Below, piece by piece: positions 17,457 through 28,386 of a stretch of 64,000 nt of DNA. Under the pieces are notes generated by a model. The model was not told where the DNA came from. It did not search any database and saw only the letters and a program-made list of their open reading frames with translations. Source of the DNA: a virus (lineage: Duplodnaviria; Caudoviricetes). The stretch covers positions 1 through 64,000 of the IMG/VR virus record IMGVR_UViG_3300039156_000048; one strand, 5' to 3'. Each line of letters opens with the position of its first letter. Position 1 is the stretch's first letter. A program made the position numbers and the translations under genes.

Positions 17457-18473
17457 TTGCCAAATGCCGTGATAAGGGCACGGGGTCAGCCCCATAAGAT
17501 TGTTGATTCTGTTGACCAGATGGTCGAGGGAACGCCTCTTCCAAAGCCCACTTCAAATAAACCAAAGTCTAAGAAAGAGGCTGTTAAGCTCTGTGTTAAG
17601 TGCCAAGCATCATACCCGCTCAGTGACTTCTATAAGAATAACGGCTGGTCGGCACAAGCCTATCATGATGCATGGTGCAGGAGTTGCGCGAAAAAGTACA
17701 GCACGACTAAGGAAACACTCCGTGAATATTGTTTTTATAACAACAGGGCATGGAGCGAGGCACTTTGGGGCAGGTCAAAAGAAGCATCAAGATACAAATT
17801 GGCGAATGACCAGAAGTATCTGAAGTCCAGTGACAAGAATAAGTCGATGGCGGAAGACCCGATTGCCTGCGGATTATATCTTGCCCAGATGAACATGAAC
17901 TATACCTATGTTTACTCAGAGAACATCTCCGTTGAGAGCGGCTCCTACCCAATGTTTGATTCCTCCAAGTCCGATGGCACAATTACCCGGGAAGCGGAAG
18001 AAGAGAACCGGATTGATACGGAGATTGTGTATGACGCGGCGTGGAACGGCGTGTTTACAAAGCGTGAACTGGAGTACTTGAACAACTATTACCACCAGCT
18101 TGAATCAGACTTTGCGTTGGATGATGTAAGTATGCGAGATTATGCCCGAAAGGTTGCGAAAGCATCCCTGACGTATGATGATGTGTATAACAAGCATAAA
18201 AAAGGCGAGGCAACCAGTAAGGAACTGGGCGAGGCAAAGTCAAACTTTGATGAGCTGTCCAAGTCCGCGAATTTTGCTGCCTGTCGCCGCAGGGCTGATG
18301 ATAAAACGATGGTCCTTCCTTTGGGCCTTGTGGTGGAATATCTTGAGGCGAACGGGAAGATCTATGCGAGAAAAGAGGAATGGCCCCAGGATAGCGTAGA
18401 CCAAATGATACTGGAAATGTATCACATTGCCACCTCACTGGGACTCGATTCCGGGGCGGTGGTAGAGGAATGA
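17457..18473 (+). CDS. Zn-finger protein upstream of terminase (possible small terminase)
   Basis: CVKC...CRSC; overlaps the terL start. Confidence 0.5.
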   Translation: MPNAVIRARGQPHKIVDSVDQMVEGTPLPKPTSNKPKSKKEAVKLCVKCQASYPLSDFYKNNGWSAQAYHDAWCRSCAKKYSTTKETLREYCFYNNRAWSEALWGRSKEASRYKLANDQKYLKSSDKNKSMAEDPIACGLYLAQMNMNYTYVYSENISVESGSYPMFDSSKSDGTITREAEEENRIDTEIVYDAAWNGVFTKRELEYLNNYYHQLESDFALDDVSMRDYARKVAKASLTYDDVYNKHKKGEATSKELGEAKSNFDELSKSANFAACRRRADDKTMVLPLGLVVEYLEANGKIYARKEEWPQDSVDQMILEMYHIATSLGLDSGAVVEE

Positions 18474-20146
18474 TCGACTTAAAAGAATATTTGAGTGTCC
18501 AGATGATTGACTTGATGGGGGAGCAGATTGCTTTCTATCGGGACCATCTGGACATTTTTATTGAGGATAATTACGGATATAGACTAAAAGACCAGCAGAA
18601 GATCATCGCAAGGATGGTGGGGCGCGGATCCCGCATCAGCATAGCAAACTCCCGTGGTTCAGGCAAAACATGGCTTCTGGCATTGTGCGCTCACGCTATC
18701 GGAATCCTGTGGCCTGGAAGCCTGGTGGCGGTTGTATCTGGTACGGCAAACCAAGCCACGCTGATCCTTGAGAAGCTACAACAGATGACGAACAACCCAG
18801 CGATTGTCAGGGAGTTGGATACTTCCAGCGGCAGAAACCCTGTGCAGGTGAATACCAACAAAGGGAAGACGAGATTTTTGAACAGTTCGGAGATCGAGTC
18901 TTACTCTATCCGTTCAATTCGCGGCAGACGCGCAAAGATGATCATTGTGGACGAAGCGCCTTTGGTGAAAAGTTCAGACCTTGACAGCGCGGTTGGTCCT
19001 GTCCGGAACTTTACCCGTGACGTTTGCCATACCTACGGAATTAGGGACTATCGCAGCAAGGTCATCAACATCTCCTCAGCCTGTGAGAAGTCCAATCATT
19101 TCTACGAAGACATCATGCAGATTGCCCGGGGGATGAGCAACGGGAACAAAGACCTTTTCGCAATGACGCTGGATTATCGCGCAGCGGTCAGAGCCGGGAT
19201 TACAGACCTTGATTACTTTGAGGGTGAAAAGCACAAGATGCCGCAATCAAAGTTTGATATGGAATACGGCACCATCTTCCTGGGGGAAGAAGCGAATAGC
19301 ATGTTCCCTTACTCAGTGACGGAAGCCTGCCGAACTTTCAAGGACATTGAGCTGATGATGCCAAAGAGCAGCACCAGTTCCTACGTCATGGGGGTTGACA
19401 TTGCGACTTCTTCTGCAAAGACAGCGGACAACACGGTCATTACCGTGATCAAGTTGTTTGAGCACCAGGACGGAAGCATCGGGATGAAGCTGGTTTTTAT
19501 GCGCTCCTTCCATGGCCAGAGCCTACCGGCCTTGGCGAGGGAAGTACGGAAGATCTACACGAAGTTTCCAAACATCACCAAAATTGTATTTGACCAAAGG
19601 GGTCTTGGAGACTCCTTCCCGAAGTTTATGGATGAGCCTTGGGTTGACCCGGACAGCGGAAAAGAATACCCGCCTTTCGTGGTGGACGACGAACGGGCAA
19701 TGTCAGCCGTTGCACTGCCGATCCTAAGGAGTGTCAAGGCGAACCAGGGAATCAATCAGGCTATGGCAACGGGGCTGAGAGTGGCCTTGGAACAGCGGAA
19801 ACTGGAGCTGCCGGTCAGCTCACGGAATATCATCAACGGCAAGCTCATGATGAGTAACGGAGACGATGAGAGTGAAGATGCAACCTCTTTGAAAACCTTG
19901 TCGATGGCTGAACAGGCTGTCTTTATTGAGACAGATGCCTTGCAGTTTGAGATGGGGAACGTTGTGGCAATCCGGACGCAGGCAGGCAACTTCATTTATG
20001 ACACGGCAAGAAAAACGCAGCACAAGGACAGATATTCATCCATTGCCATGGCGGTGTGGTTTATTGCCGAGATGGAAGCAATGAAGAAACGAAGGTACTA
20101 CGCAAACATAAACTGTGACGCCATCGGCGTTGCAACAAGATTTTGA
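18470..20146 (+). CDS. terL: terminase large subunit
   Basis: SRGSGKT Walker A, IIVDEA Walker B, GVDIA nuclease motif, C-terminal KDRYS. Confidence 0.9.
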   Translation: MIDLKEYLSVQMIDLMGEQIAFYRDHLDIFIEDNYGYRLKDQQKIIARMVGRGSRISIANSRGSGKTWLLALCAHAIGILWPGSLVAVVSGTANQATLILEKLQQMTNNPAIVRELDTSSGRNPVQVNTNKGKTRFLNSSEIESYSIRSIRGRRAKMIIVDEAPLVKSSDLDSAVGPVRNFTRDVCHTYGIRDYRSKVINISSACEKSNHFYEDIMQIARGMSNGNKDLFAMTLDYRAAVRAGITDLDYFEGEKHKMPQSKFDMEYGTIFLGEEANSMFPYSVTEACRTFKDIELMMPKSSTSSYVMGVDIATSSAKTADNTVITVIKLFEHQDGSIGMKLVFMRSFHGQSLPALAREVRKIYTKFPNITKIVFDQRGLGDSFPKFMDEPWVDPDSGKEYPPFVVDDERAMSAVALPILRSVKANQGINQAMATGLRVALEQRKLELPVSSRNIINGKLMMSNGDDESEDATSLKTLSMAEQAVFIETDALQFEMGNVVAIRTQAGNFIYDTARKTQHKDRYSSIAMAVWFIAEMEAMKKRRYYANINCDAIGVATRF

Positions 20147-20162
20147 GAAAGGGGGGATATCA

Positions 20163-21737
20163 ATGGGATTATTGGAAAGCCTGGGGCTCAGACGAGCGCC
20201 TCCTGTGACAAAGACAGCCGAGGACGATAGACAGAAAAAGTCCATTGTCGTCGGAGCATCACCGGAAGAAGGAGAAACCTCAATCCAGACCTTTAACAAT
20301 ACGAACATTACCTATCAGGGAGACCTGCAAGGCTTTGATTACAACGCGATCCTGAAGGACAAGCAGGGCAAGATCCTTGACCTGTATAAGCTGAGTGACT
20401 ATTTCATCGACGCCGACCCGATTTATCGCGGTATTATCAAGCACGTGTATGTGCCATTCAGCCTGTTGCCACGGTGGAAGCTGGTTGGCGTAAACGATAA
20501 GATCAGAAATGAATATCTTGAGTACTACCGCAGGATCGGCCTGATCAAAAAGATGAGAAGCATCTTTCTTCAGTACTATAAATACGGTAATGTCTTCATC
20601 TACGTGATGGAAGACGGAAATATTGTCACCCTGCCCGTCAATGAGTGCATCATCAAAAGCGTAACCTTGAACGATGAGCCTCTGGTTGAGATGAAACTGG
20701 ATACCCTCAAGAATAGTTTTGACGGATACGGGTCAAACGATGACCGCTATTTCAAGGAGCAGGAGTTCAAGAACAAACTCAAGGGCTACCCCCTGGAGAT
20801 TGGGGAAGCCCTGGTCAAAGGAAAAAACACCGCGCAGCTGAATCCGGAAAACCTGTTTGTCCTTCAGGATGTAAAGGAAGATTGGCAGAGGTATGCGACC
20901 CCTATGATAGCCTCCTTTCTTCCGCCCCTGAGCAAAAAGGCATTGATCGGAAGGTACGAAGACGCTTTGCTGAATTTGGCGCAGCGTTCTTTTGTTCACG
21001 TCAAATACGGAGACGCGAATGCTGAGACGGATATCCTACCAGACAAAAACCAGCTTCAGCAGGTCAGCAGGCTCTTCTCAAAAGGGATGAGCGGATTCCC
21101 TCTGGTTGTAACGAACCACCTTGCCTCAAGCGAAGTTATTCAGTCGGACAGCGGGTTCCTGCACGAATGGGATAAATACAAAGAGGTTAACGATGAACTG
21201 CTGTCTGCCGGTGGTATCTCTGGCATTGTGGTGACAGGTGTCTCCTCTGACGGGTCTACTTTCTCCTCAGCTCAGGTATCAATGAAAGCGGCCTCAGCGA
21301 GGATAGAACAGATGCTGTCGCTGATGGCGGATGTGATGACCCGGATCAACGAGCGTGTTTATTTGGCCGCGACAGGGCGCAAAGGGGGCAAGCCTCCGTT
21401 GTTCCAGTTTATGCCACTGACCATGGAAGGCCGTGCTGAAATGCAGAAGGCTGGCCTTGAATTGTGGAAAGCCGGTGCCATCTCCTCTCGCAGTATGCTT
21501 GATAATTACGGGTATAGCCTGGAAGAAGAGTTTGCTATCCGCGAGAAAGAAGACAAGGACGGCATCACCGAAACCATGATGCCACGGGAAGCGGGCACAG
21601 AGGCCCCGGATGAACCCGGAGGCGAGACACGGGGGCGCAAAGAGTTGCCTGACGATGAACGGAATTCACCCCCGGAAGACGCCGAACGGAGCAAAGCCCC
21701 GAAGCCGTCAAGTCCCGAAGGGTCCATGGAAGAGTAA
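20163..21737 (+). CDS. portal protein
   Basis: follows terL, about 520 aa, YYKYGNVF motif; ATG after AAGGGGGG. Confidence 0.75.
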   Translation: MGLLESLGLRRAPPVTKTAEDDRQKKSIVVGASPEEGETSIQTFNNTNITYQGDLQGFDYNAILKDKQGKILDLYKLSDYFIDADPIYRGIIKHVYVPFSLLPRWKLVGVNDKIRNEYLEYYRRIGLIKKMRSIFLQYYKYGNVFIYVMEDGNIVTLPVNECIIKSVTLNDEPLVEMKLDTLKNSFDGYGSNDDRYFKEQEFKNKLKGYPLEIGEALVKGKNTAQLNPENLFVLQDVKEDWQRYATPMIASFLPPLSKKALIGRYEDALLNLAQRSFVHVKYGDANAETDILPDKNQLQQVSRLFSKGMSGFPLVVTNHLASSEVIQSDSGFLHEWDKYKEVNDELLSAGGISGIVVTGVSSDGSTFSSAQVSMKAASARIEQMLSLMADVMTRINERVYLAATGRKGGKPPLFQFMPLTMEGRAEMQKAGLELWKAGAISSRSMLDNYGYSLEEEFAIREKEDKDGITETMMPREAGTEAPDEPGGETRGRKELPDDERNSPPEDAERSKAPKPSSPEGSMEE

Positions 21738-21862
21738 AAAAATGAAGAACAACATAACTCGTACATCAGGGCGAAAGCCCTGTTTGTATATAGATGCCGT
21801 GAAATTTGTCTGTCCTCCTACAGGCTTATATATCGGTAGTAACGGAAAGGGGGATTTCGATA

Positions 21863-23338
21863 TTGATTAAAGTAAAGAATACCAAGTCTTTACGTTCGAT
21901 TTCATCCTCTATCATCTCAATTTCTGAGGTTCAAAAGAGCAATCGCCCGTATCTACAAATCGTGACAGTCATCGCAGATGATTCTGTCAATTTGAACGGA
22001 GAGCGTATGTCTCGTGCGTTCCTTGAGGACATTGCGAATAGGAGTGCTGAGTACGCTGGGGTCCCCCTTCTGGCAGATACCGATAAAATAAAAAGAGGCG
22101 ACTTCAAAAACGGGCTCACGCATCTATTTGACCCGGAAAAGGGAGTGTTTTTAAGCACTCAGATTGGGAGCCTGCAAAGGTTCTGGACAGAAGAGATCAA
22201 TGGCCGGCTGGTCCTCAAGGGCGAAGCCAAGGTGTTCAAGCGGGATGCTAAGGTGACAGATGCCCTTGTGGATTTATTCAATGAAGGCCACCTCTTCGTG
22301 TCTGTTGAAGTGGAAGCAGGTGAAACCAGGATTGAGAATGGTGTGTTGACGGTGGAAAAGAGTGACTTGAACAGTCTGATTGGCTTGTGCTGTGTTTCAC
22401 GGCCTGCTTATCCTTCCGCGACTGCGACTTATGTCGCCGCCGAAGTGGAAGAGAATGACGCTGAGTTTATCCGTGCCACGGAACATGCCAGGTTGAGGCT
22501 CGCGGAGGCTCTTGCCATTACCAATGAGGCTTCTTTAAACACAATCACTGGTTGGGTTTATCGGGCGGTCGCGGAAGCGATGGGAGAAGACTTCTGGGGA
22601 ATGTCTTTTTACAACATTGGCATGACCAGCGCCCTGCTCTACAACGAAGAAACCGGAAGGTTGTTCACCGTCAACTACATCATTCAGGAAGACGGGGTAC
22701 ACCTGACAGACTTTTATGAGAGCAAGGTTGTTCGGGCACAGGAAGCCGAAAGCACATCAGAGGAAAGCGAGGAAAAGAATTTGGATAAGGTAGAAGCTGA
22801 AGTTGTAGAGGAAGTTAAAGCCGAAGCAACGGAAGAACTTCAGGCCGAGGCCGTTGAGACCGTAGAAGCGGAAGCAGAAGAAACCAAAGCGGAAGAAACT
22901 GAACACGTTGAGACTGTTGAAGCGGCTGAAGAGGCTGAGAAGACAGAAGAACAGGTTGCTGAGACCCTTGAGGCCGAAGCGGAAACAGAAACTCCTGTGA
23001 ATGAACTGGAGACAAAGCTGGCGGAACAGGCCAAACGTATTGCGGAACTGGAAGAAATTGAAGCAAAGTGGCTGACCTCCCAGGAAGCCCAGAAACAGGC
23101 AGAGGCCGCCCAGAAGAAAAACAGGCTGTCAGAGTATGCGAAGACCTCAGGTCTTGACTTGCAGGCTGAAGCGGTGATGGCTGCACTGGAAGCGTTGGAC
23201 TATGAGCGCCTGGTGTCGCTTGTTCTGGAAGCACAGGTAACAGATGAAGAGCAGGTTGTGACAGCCTCTGAAAAGGTCACCAACCCGATGGTTGGGGATA
23301 TGAAGCTCACGAATTGGCTTTTTAGCAAAGATAATTAA
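21863..23338 (+). CDS. prohead protease-scaffold fusion
   Basis: N-terminal NLNGE...VSVE...PAYP protease-like region, Glu/Ala-rich coiled C-terminus; position. Confidence 0.65.
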   Translation: MIKVKNTKSLRSISSSIISISEVQKSNRPYLQIVTVIADDSVNLNGERMSRAFLEDIANRSAEYAGVPLLADTDKIKRGDFKNGLTHLFDPEKGVFLSTQIGSLQRFWTEEINGRLVLKGEAKVFKRDAKVTDALVDLFNEGHLFVSVEVEAGETRIENGVLTVEKSDLNSLIGLCCVSRPAYPSATATYVAAEVEENDAEFIRATEHARLRLAEALAITNEASLNTITGWVYRAVAEAMGEDFWGMSFYNIGMTSALLYNEETGRLFTVNYIIQEDGVHLTDFYESKVVRAQEAESTSEESEEKNLDKVEAEVVEEVKAEATEELQAEAVETVEAEAEETKAEETEHVETVEAAEEAEKTEEQVAETLEAEAETETPVNELETKLAEQAKRIAELEEIEAKWLTSQEAQKQAEAAQKKNRLSEYAKTSGLDLQAEAVMAALEALDYERLVSLVLEAQVTDEEQVVTASEKVTNPMVGDMKLTNWLFSKDN

Positions 23339-23353
23339 TTGGAGGGATATTGA

Positions 23354-23776
23354 ATGGCTGGTTACATGACCAAACTTCAGGGATATGTCTACGATGGTGA
23401 ACACGTCGCAGCGACCGCCCTGGTCAACGGTAATTTTGTTTACGTTGACTCTGATAACAAAGCGGCACCGATTGCCGAAGAGACTGATGTGAAACTTCGC
23501 GTCAAAGCACTGGAAGGCCCCTATGGGATGACGGGCCTGCGCCTGGTAGTTGCCGAACAGGGTGACGACGAGGTGTTTTTGGTAGAAAATCTTCCCGAGG
23601 GTGAAGCTGAATATGACGAGACAACCTACGGCCCCGCTATTGGTGAGTATGCTCGCATTCACCGCCTGCTCGCTGGTGAGGAACTTCTGGTGTCCCTCAC
23701 TTCTATCGTTGGGATTAACGTTGGCGACGTGATTACCATTGGGGCATCCGCTGGCGCTTTCCCCGCTGCAACTTAA
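23354..23776 (+). CDS. capsid decoration/cement protein
   Basis: 140 aa between scaffold and capsid genes. Confidence 0.55.
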   Translation: MAGYMTKLQGYVYDGEHVAATALVNGNFVYVDSDNKAAPIAEETDVKLRVKALEGPYGMTGLRLVVAEQGDDEVFLVENLPEGEAEYDETTYGPAIGEYARIHRLLAGEELLVSLTSIVGINVGDVITIGASAGAFPAAT

Positions 23777-23789
23777 GGAGGAGTAACTG

Positions 23790-24584
23790 ATGGCTGGTTA
23801 CATGATTAAATTAAACGGTTATTCTTATGAAGGTGAGTATGTTGCGGCAGCCGATCTCTTGAACGGCGCGCTGGTCAACATCGCCAACAATAAGGCAACT
23901 GCGCTCGCGACAGCAAAAGATATGAAGTTTCGTATCGTGGCGCTGGAAGGCCCCTATGGGATGAGCGGCCTCAAACTCGTTGTCGAAGAGCAAGGAGACG
24001 ATGAGGTCTTTCTTGTTGAAAACCTCCCGGAAGGCGAAGCTGCCTATGATGAGACCCTTTATGGCCCTGCCTCTGGCGAGTATGTCCGGATGCACCGCCT
24101 GTTGGCGGGTGAAGAGTTCTATGTTTCTTCGGATATTATAGACCCCACCGGTTATTCCGTTGGAGAATGGCTCTATGCCGGAGAAGATGAACAGCAAACC
24201 GCCTCCATGACTGTTGCCAAGGTCATTACAAAGGTTGTTGATACGAGCGAAGTCACCGACATTACCGGTGAAAGCCTCGCTACCTTTGTTTTGGACGAGG
24301 GTGACGTGATTCATTACAGCGTGACAGTGACCAATACGGGTGACCTGGCATTGGCGGCGATCTCCGTGAGTGACCCGATGAAGGGTGAAACACCCGGTGC
24401 CGTGGCGACCCTTGCAAAAGATGCCACTTCCAGCGCCATTGTCTATACTCATGCGGTGACAGAAGCAGAGGCTGGCACACGTGTCGCGAATACTGCTACA
24501 GCTGTCTGTGCCCACCCGCGCAGGCCCGGAGTGAATATCACGGCAACCAAGACCGCCACTATCGGGGCTCTTGCTGGGGCATAA
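23790..24584 (+). CDS. decoration protein paralog with C-terminal Ig-like (DUF11-type) domain
   Basis: N-terminus near-identical to preceding gene; GDVIHYSVTVTNTG motif. Confidence 0.6.
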   Translation: MAGYMIKLNGYSYEGEYVAAADLLNGALVNIANNKATALATAKDMKFRIVALEGPYGMSGLKLVVEEQGDDEVFLVENLPEGEAAYDETLYGPASGEYVRMHRLLAGEEFYVSSDIIDPTGYSVGEWLYAGEDEQQTASMTVAKVITKVVDTSEVTDITGESLATFVLDEGDVIHYSVTVTNTGDLALAAISVSDPMKGETPGAVATLAKDATSSAIVYTHAVTEAEAGTRVANTATAVCAHPRRPGVNITATKTATIGALAGA

Positions 24585-24605
24585 TCTCCGCTAAACACTA
24601 AAGAG

Positions 24606-24630
24606 AACGACCACAAATGGGTCGTTTTTT
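24606..24630 (+). terminator. intrinsic terminator
   Basis: AACGACC/GGTCGTT stem plus T tract. Confidence 0.6.
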
Positions 24631-24662
24631 ATTATCAAAAAATATCAGGAGGATAGTTAATA

Positions 24663-25661
24663 ATGGATGTCAAGATTGAGAAAGATATGAATATCGTCAA
24701 ACTGCTCACCGCCCAGGCGAAAGGTGAGCGCGTTGAGTCTGACAAGGTTGAAGAAGCGAATCAGCAGATTCAGACCATGCTGGCGGACTTCAACCCGATG
24801 AACCGCTACATGGTTGCCCAGTTGATTGGGTATGCCGTGACAAACCTGAACAAGGTTTCTCCCAGTATCTTCGACCAGATTGCTGATGTGAAGCGAATCG
24901 GTATGGGCGACAAGGCCATGTTCAAAGTGCCTGTCGGTACCATCAAGGCCATCATCCATGCTAAAGGCGCTACTGTGCCGCGCAGCCGTGTTGCTGACAA
25001 GCAGGTGCTTGTTGACACCGTTTCTGTGTCTGCCCGTCCGTCCGTTAACGTGATTGAGATCCGCAGTGGCCGCAAAAACATGGCCGACCTTATCAGGGAT
25101 GCCCAGTACCAGATGAGCCTTGTCAAGAATGCGAACATCCAGAGCATTTTTGCTGGCGTAATCAACGATTACTCTACCCCGTTCTTCGCTCAGGGTTCTG
25201 GCTTTGCTACGGCGACCTTTGACCCGATGCTGATGCACTTCCGCAGGCTGGGTGGCGTTGCCATTCTGGGTGACCCCGCCATCCTTGACAAGGTTGCCGT
25301 TGCGACTGGATTTACTACCGCAAGCGGTGTTGTGCAGTTCGCTGATGATATCATGAAGGACTACCACGCTACTGGCCTGCTTGGTTCTTACCGTGGCGCG
25401 AAGGTCATCCAGATGCTGAATGGTTATGGCGCTGACGGCGAAACCCCCATCCTCGACCCCGCCTTCCTGTATATCCTGTCCACCGCCGTGTCTCCGGAAG
25501 CCCGGAACCTTAAGATTGTTGAGGAAGGCGATGTGCTGGCGCATGAAGATACCAACATTGATGACCTCTCCTATGATGTCCGCCTTGACCAGTTCTTTGG
25601 CGCGGCTTTCATCGTTGGCGATGTCCCGACCATCGGCGTGTACGAAGACCAGAACCTGTAA
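24663..25661 (+). CDS. major capsid protein
   Basis: 332 aa, AGGAGG RBS, position, strongly biased codon use. Confidence 0.75.
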   Translation: MDVKIEKDMNIVKLLTAQAKGERVESDKVEEANQQIQTMLADFNPMNRYMVAQLIGYAVTNLNKVSPSIFDQIADVKRIGMGDKAMFKVPVGTIKAIIHAKGATVPRSRVADKQVLVDTVSVSARPSVNVIEIRSGRKNMADLIRDAQYQMSLVKNANIQSIFAGVINDYSTPFFAQGSGFATATFDPMLMHFRRLGGVAILGDPAILDKVAVATGFTTASGVVQFADDIMKDYHATGLLGSYRGAKVIQMLNGYGADGETPILDPAFLYILSTAVSPEARNLKIVEEGDVLAHEDTNIDDLSYDVRLDQFFGAAFIVGDVPTIGVYEDQNL

Positions 25662-25680
25662 TCGGTTTATGTCTGGAGCA

Positions 25681-25706
25681 GCGGGGGTGAAATATCCCCC
25701 GCTTTT
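25681..25706 (+). terminator. intrinsic terminator
   Basis: GCGGGGG/CCCCCGC plus TTTT. Confidence 0.5.
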
Positions 25707-25745
25707 CCCGCCGCATTATTGATACCTTGAAGGAGGAATGAAGGA

Positions 25746-26180
25746 TTGTCTGATAAACTAAGAGTATATAATGACCGCCCCTATGACATTGGTGCTGTTC
25801 TGTTGAATGGCCAAAGCGTCAATATCAAGTCTGGCAGTTTTACCTTGTTGTCTGAGGATGACATTGCGTTCATCGAATCTCAGTGCGCGTATAACAAGAA
25901 GTTATTTGGTACCGGAAAACTGAGGATTGACAAGGCAACCGAAGAGAAAATTGACGAGATTGGCATTGTGAAATCCGAAGAGAATTTTCATATCTCCATT
26001 GATGAGATTGAAAAGAAATTGCTCGGCGGAATTGCCAATCTAAAGAAGTGGCTCGCAACGATTCAAGATAAGGCTTACTTGTTTGAAATCTATACTATTG
26101 CGAAATCGCTTGACCTTTCTACCAGTAAAATGAAGGCGCTCAAAGATATCCTGCCTGAATTGCTGACCGCAGATGAATAA
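25746..26180 (+). CDS. hypothetical head-module protein
   Basis: RBS, position. Confidence 0.55.
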   Translation: MSDKLRVYNDRPYDIGAVLLNGQSVNIKSGSFTLLSEDDIAFIESQCAYNKKLFGTGKLRIDKATEEKIDEIGIVKSEENFHISIDEIEKKLLGGIANLKKWLATIQDKAYLFEIYTIAKSLDLSTSKMKALKDILPELLTADE

Positions 26181-26202
26181 TTAAATAAGGGGGCGGGATG
26201 TC

Positions 26203-26622
26203 ATGGATTTGATACCGCTTGTTGATGAGCTGAAAACAGCAACAGCGTGGCAACGCACCCCACAGGCAATCTTGCACGAGGACTATGTGAATATGATTGT
26301 CAACGGCATCAAGTACCTCTACCTAATTACAGGAAGAGGAGATGCTTTTGATTCCGCTATGATCGGGGAAGATGATGATAACCTTCCTACTTTTACGGGG
26401 ACACTCTCATTAACAGAACAGATGATTGTTGTGTGGGCGGCTCAAATCAGCCTGTACGAAAGGGTTCGTGCAGATAAAAACTCTATTGTCGGATATACCA
26501 CTGATGCGCTGACTGTGACAAACGCAGATAAGCCTTACCGTTACCTCTCCGAAACAATTGAAGAATTGAGACGGAATATCAGGGCAGCCTATTATAAGCT
26601 CATTTCTTATGTAGGAGATTGA
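26203..26622 (+). CDS. putative head-tail adaptor
   Basis: helical 139 aa; position. Confidence 0.45.
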   Translation: MDLIPLVDELKTATAWQRTPQAILHEDYVNMIVNGIKYLYLITGRGDAFDSAMIGEDDDNLPTFTGTLSLTEQMIVVWAAQISLYERVRADKNSIVGYTTDALTVTNADKPYRYLSETIEELRRNIRAAYYKLISYVGD

Positions 26623-26626
26623 GCGT

Positions 26627-27064
26627 ATGGCAAAGACGGTATATAAAGGATTGCCCGCTGCGGTAATGTGCAGAATTGAACTGGAATATAAAAACAAAGA
26701 TCTGGAAGTTGTATCGCACCGGGAGTGCAGTCTTGCCGATTATTCAGACCTACTGAAAAATTCAGCCGTTCGACTCATTACAGATGTCGAAGATTTGGCT
26801 TACAGAGCAACAGATGGAAAGGGCAAGGACGAGTGGCAACCGGATGTGATGCTGGCTTTCAGCAAACTAAGGCACAAGCTTCTTGACATGGCGGGGGAGA
26901 TCGAACGGCTTTCAAAAAATCTGCGGATCGAGGTGGACACAGTCTATCCTTCATCCCCGGTAGTTGGGCCGATGCGGTTTCAAAGCCAGGAATTCAATGA
27001 GCCTTTTTCCCAGCCGAAATGGGATTTTTTGCGGGTGCTGAACGAACCAAAGGACGGTGAGTAA
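26627..27064 (+). CDS. hypothetical protein
   Basis: AGGAG RBS. Confidence 0.55.
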   Translation: MAKTVYKGLPAAVMCRIELEYKNKDLEVVSHRECSLADYSDLLKNSAVRLITDVEDLAYRATDGKGKDEWQPDVMLAFSKLRHKLLDMAGEIERLSKNLRIEVDTVYPSSPVVGPMRFQSQEFNEPFSQPKWDFLRVLNEPKDGE

Positions 27065-27827
27065 CTTGGCAATCAAGCCCTTTGTAAGCGTTCCGAGTTC
27101 TACCCAGTTTTACGTCCCCCCGCATATCCAAACGGATTTTATGAATTATCTGGATACCGATGTCCCGAATGCCAACTACACATTTGAAATTGTGGGGGAC
27201 TGGACATTGAGGGGTGGAGTTGGGTACACGCCGCGATATCTGAGGGCTGAGACGTACCCCATTAACTGGAAGAGTAACTTCGGAAATGCCGATAACACGG
27301 TAAACTTCAAAACTGACTTGCGGGTGCCTGTTAACAAAGGGGATATCGCAGTCAGGAGTGACGGTCAGATCCGACAGCTCAACTGGAAGGTCGAGAAGCA
27401 CGTCAATGACCAGTCTACCCAGGCTCAGGAGTGTAACCTTCTGGTGACCATTGAGCGGAAAGTGGATGAAACAGTTGACCCGGCAACCGGGTATGTGGTT
27501 GTTGAAACAGACCCTATCACAGAAAAACCAATCCCGTTCAACCCGATCCAGACCATTGTGTCCAGTCATCCGTGCGCCGCGTATCAATATGACGGCAGGC
27601 CGTATTATGACACGAACATCAACGCGCCTGGTATTGCCCCGGACGTTCTGACGATGCTCCAGATTCAATGGAACAGCGGAACGGCAAATATCCGGATAGG
27701 CGATGAGTTTGACTGGTTTGTTGACCGCTACCGCATCAGCAATCTGGACTACGGCGGGATTGATGTAGACCATGAGCATGGTGTCCTGAAGATTCATGCC
27801 AAGAAGGTCGCGGGTGGTTCTGATTGA
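27057..27827 (+). CDS. putative head closure/neck protein
   Basis: beta-rich; position. Confidence 0.45.
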   Translation: MSNLAIKPFVSVPSSTQFYVPPHIQTDFMNYLDTDVPNANYTFEIVGDWTLRGGVGYTPRYLRAETYPINWKSNFGNADNTVNFKTDLRVPVNKGDIAVRSDGQIRQLNWKVEKHVNDQSTQAQECNLLVTIERKVDETVDPATGYVVVETDPITEKPIPFNPIQTIVSSHPCAAYQYDGRPYYDTNINAPGIAPDVLTMLQIQWNSGTANIRIGDEFDWFVDRYRISNLDYGGIDVDHEHGVLKIHAKKVAGGSD

Positions 27828-28372
27828 GTAAAACAAAGACTATTTCTTTTAAGTTTCACAGGAAAAAATTTGACGACATCATGACAAAACACGCGAGGGA
27901 AGCCCTGCGGAAAGCCTCTGAGCGCCTGCTGGAAATCATGCAGAAAAATGTAGTGAGGTCCCTTTACGGGGGCCCCCTTTCAAGCGAATGGAGGCAGGAA
28001 GTAGCCGATGCTTTGACAATCGCCCTTGGCAGCGGGAACCAGTACGTCCTTCGGCAGGGGGTCGTCCTGCCCGATGATGACTTGATCCAACTGAAAGCGT
28101 GGCTGATCAACTACGGTGTTGGCTCCGCTCATGGGGGGGAACCCGTCCACGCAGGTCCAAAAGGAAGAAGCGTCTTAGACGAAGACATGCTCCCTACAGA
28201 GTCTATCAGTCGTGATCATGCGATGCCAGACCGATATAACCAAACCGGAAATGACTGGATTGAAATGTCTTTTGACCAAGTAGAACATGAGTTTCTTGGA
28301 ATCCTGGAAGTGGAATGGAATGATATCTCAGAACTTGACCTGTCAAGTTGCTGGGATGTTGATAGTGAATAG
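27824..28372 (+). CDS. putative neck/tail completion protein
   Basis: position; AWLINYG-type motif. Confidence 0.45.
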   Translation: MSKTKTISFKFHRKKFDDIMTKHAREALRKASERLLEIMQKNVVRSLYGGPLSSEWRQEVADALTIALGSGNQYVLRQGVVLPDDDLIQLKAWLINYGVGSAHGGEPVHAGPKGRSVLDEDMLPTESISRDHAMPDRYNQTGNDWIEMSFDQVEHEFLGILEVEWNDISELDLSSCWDVDSE

Positions 28373-28386
28373 GGGGGTGATGGACT

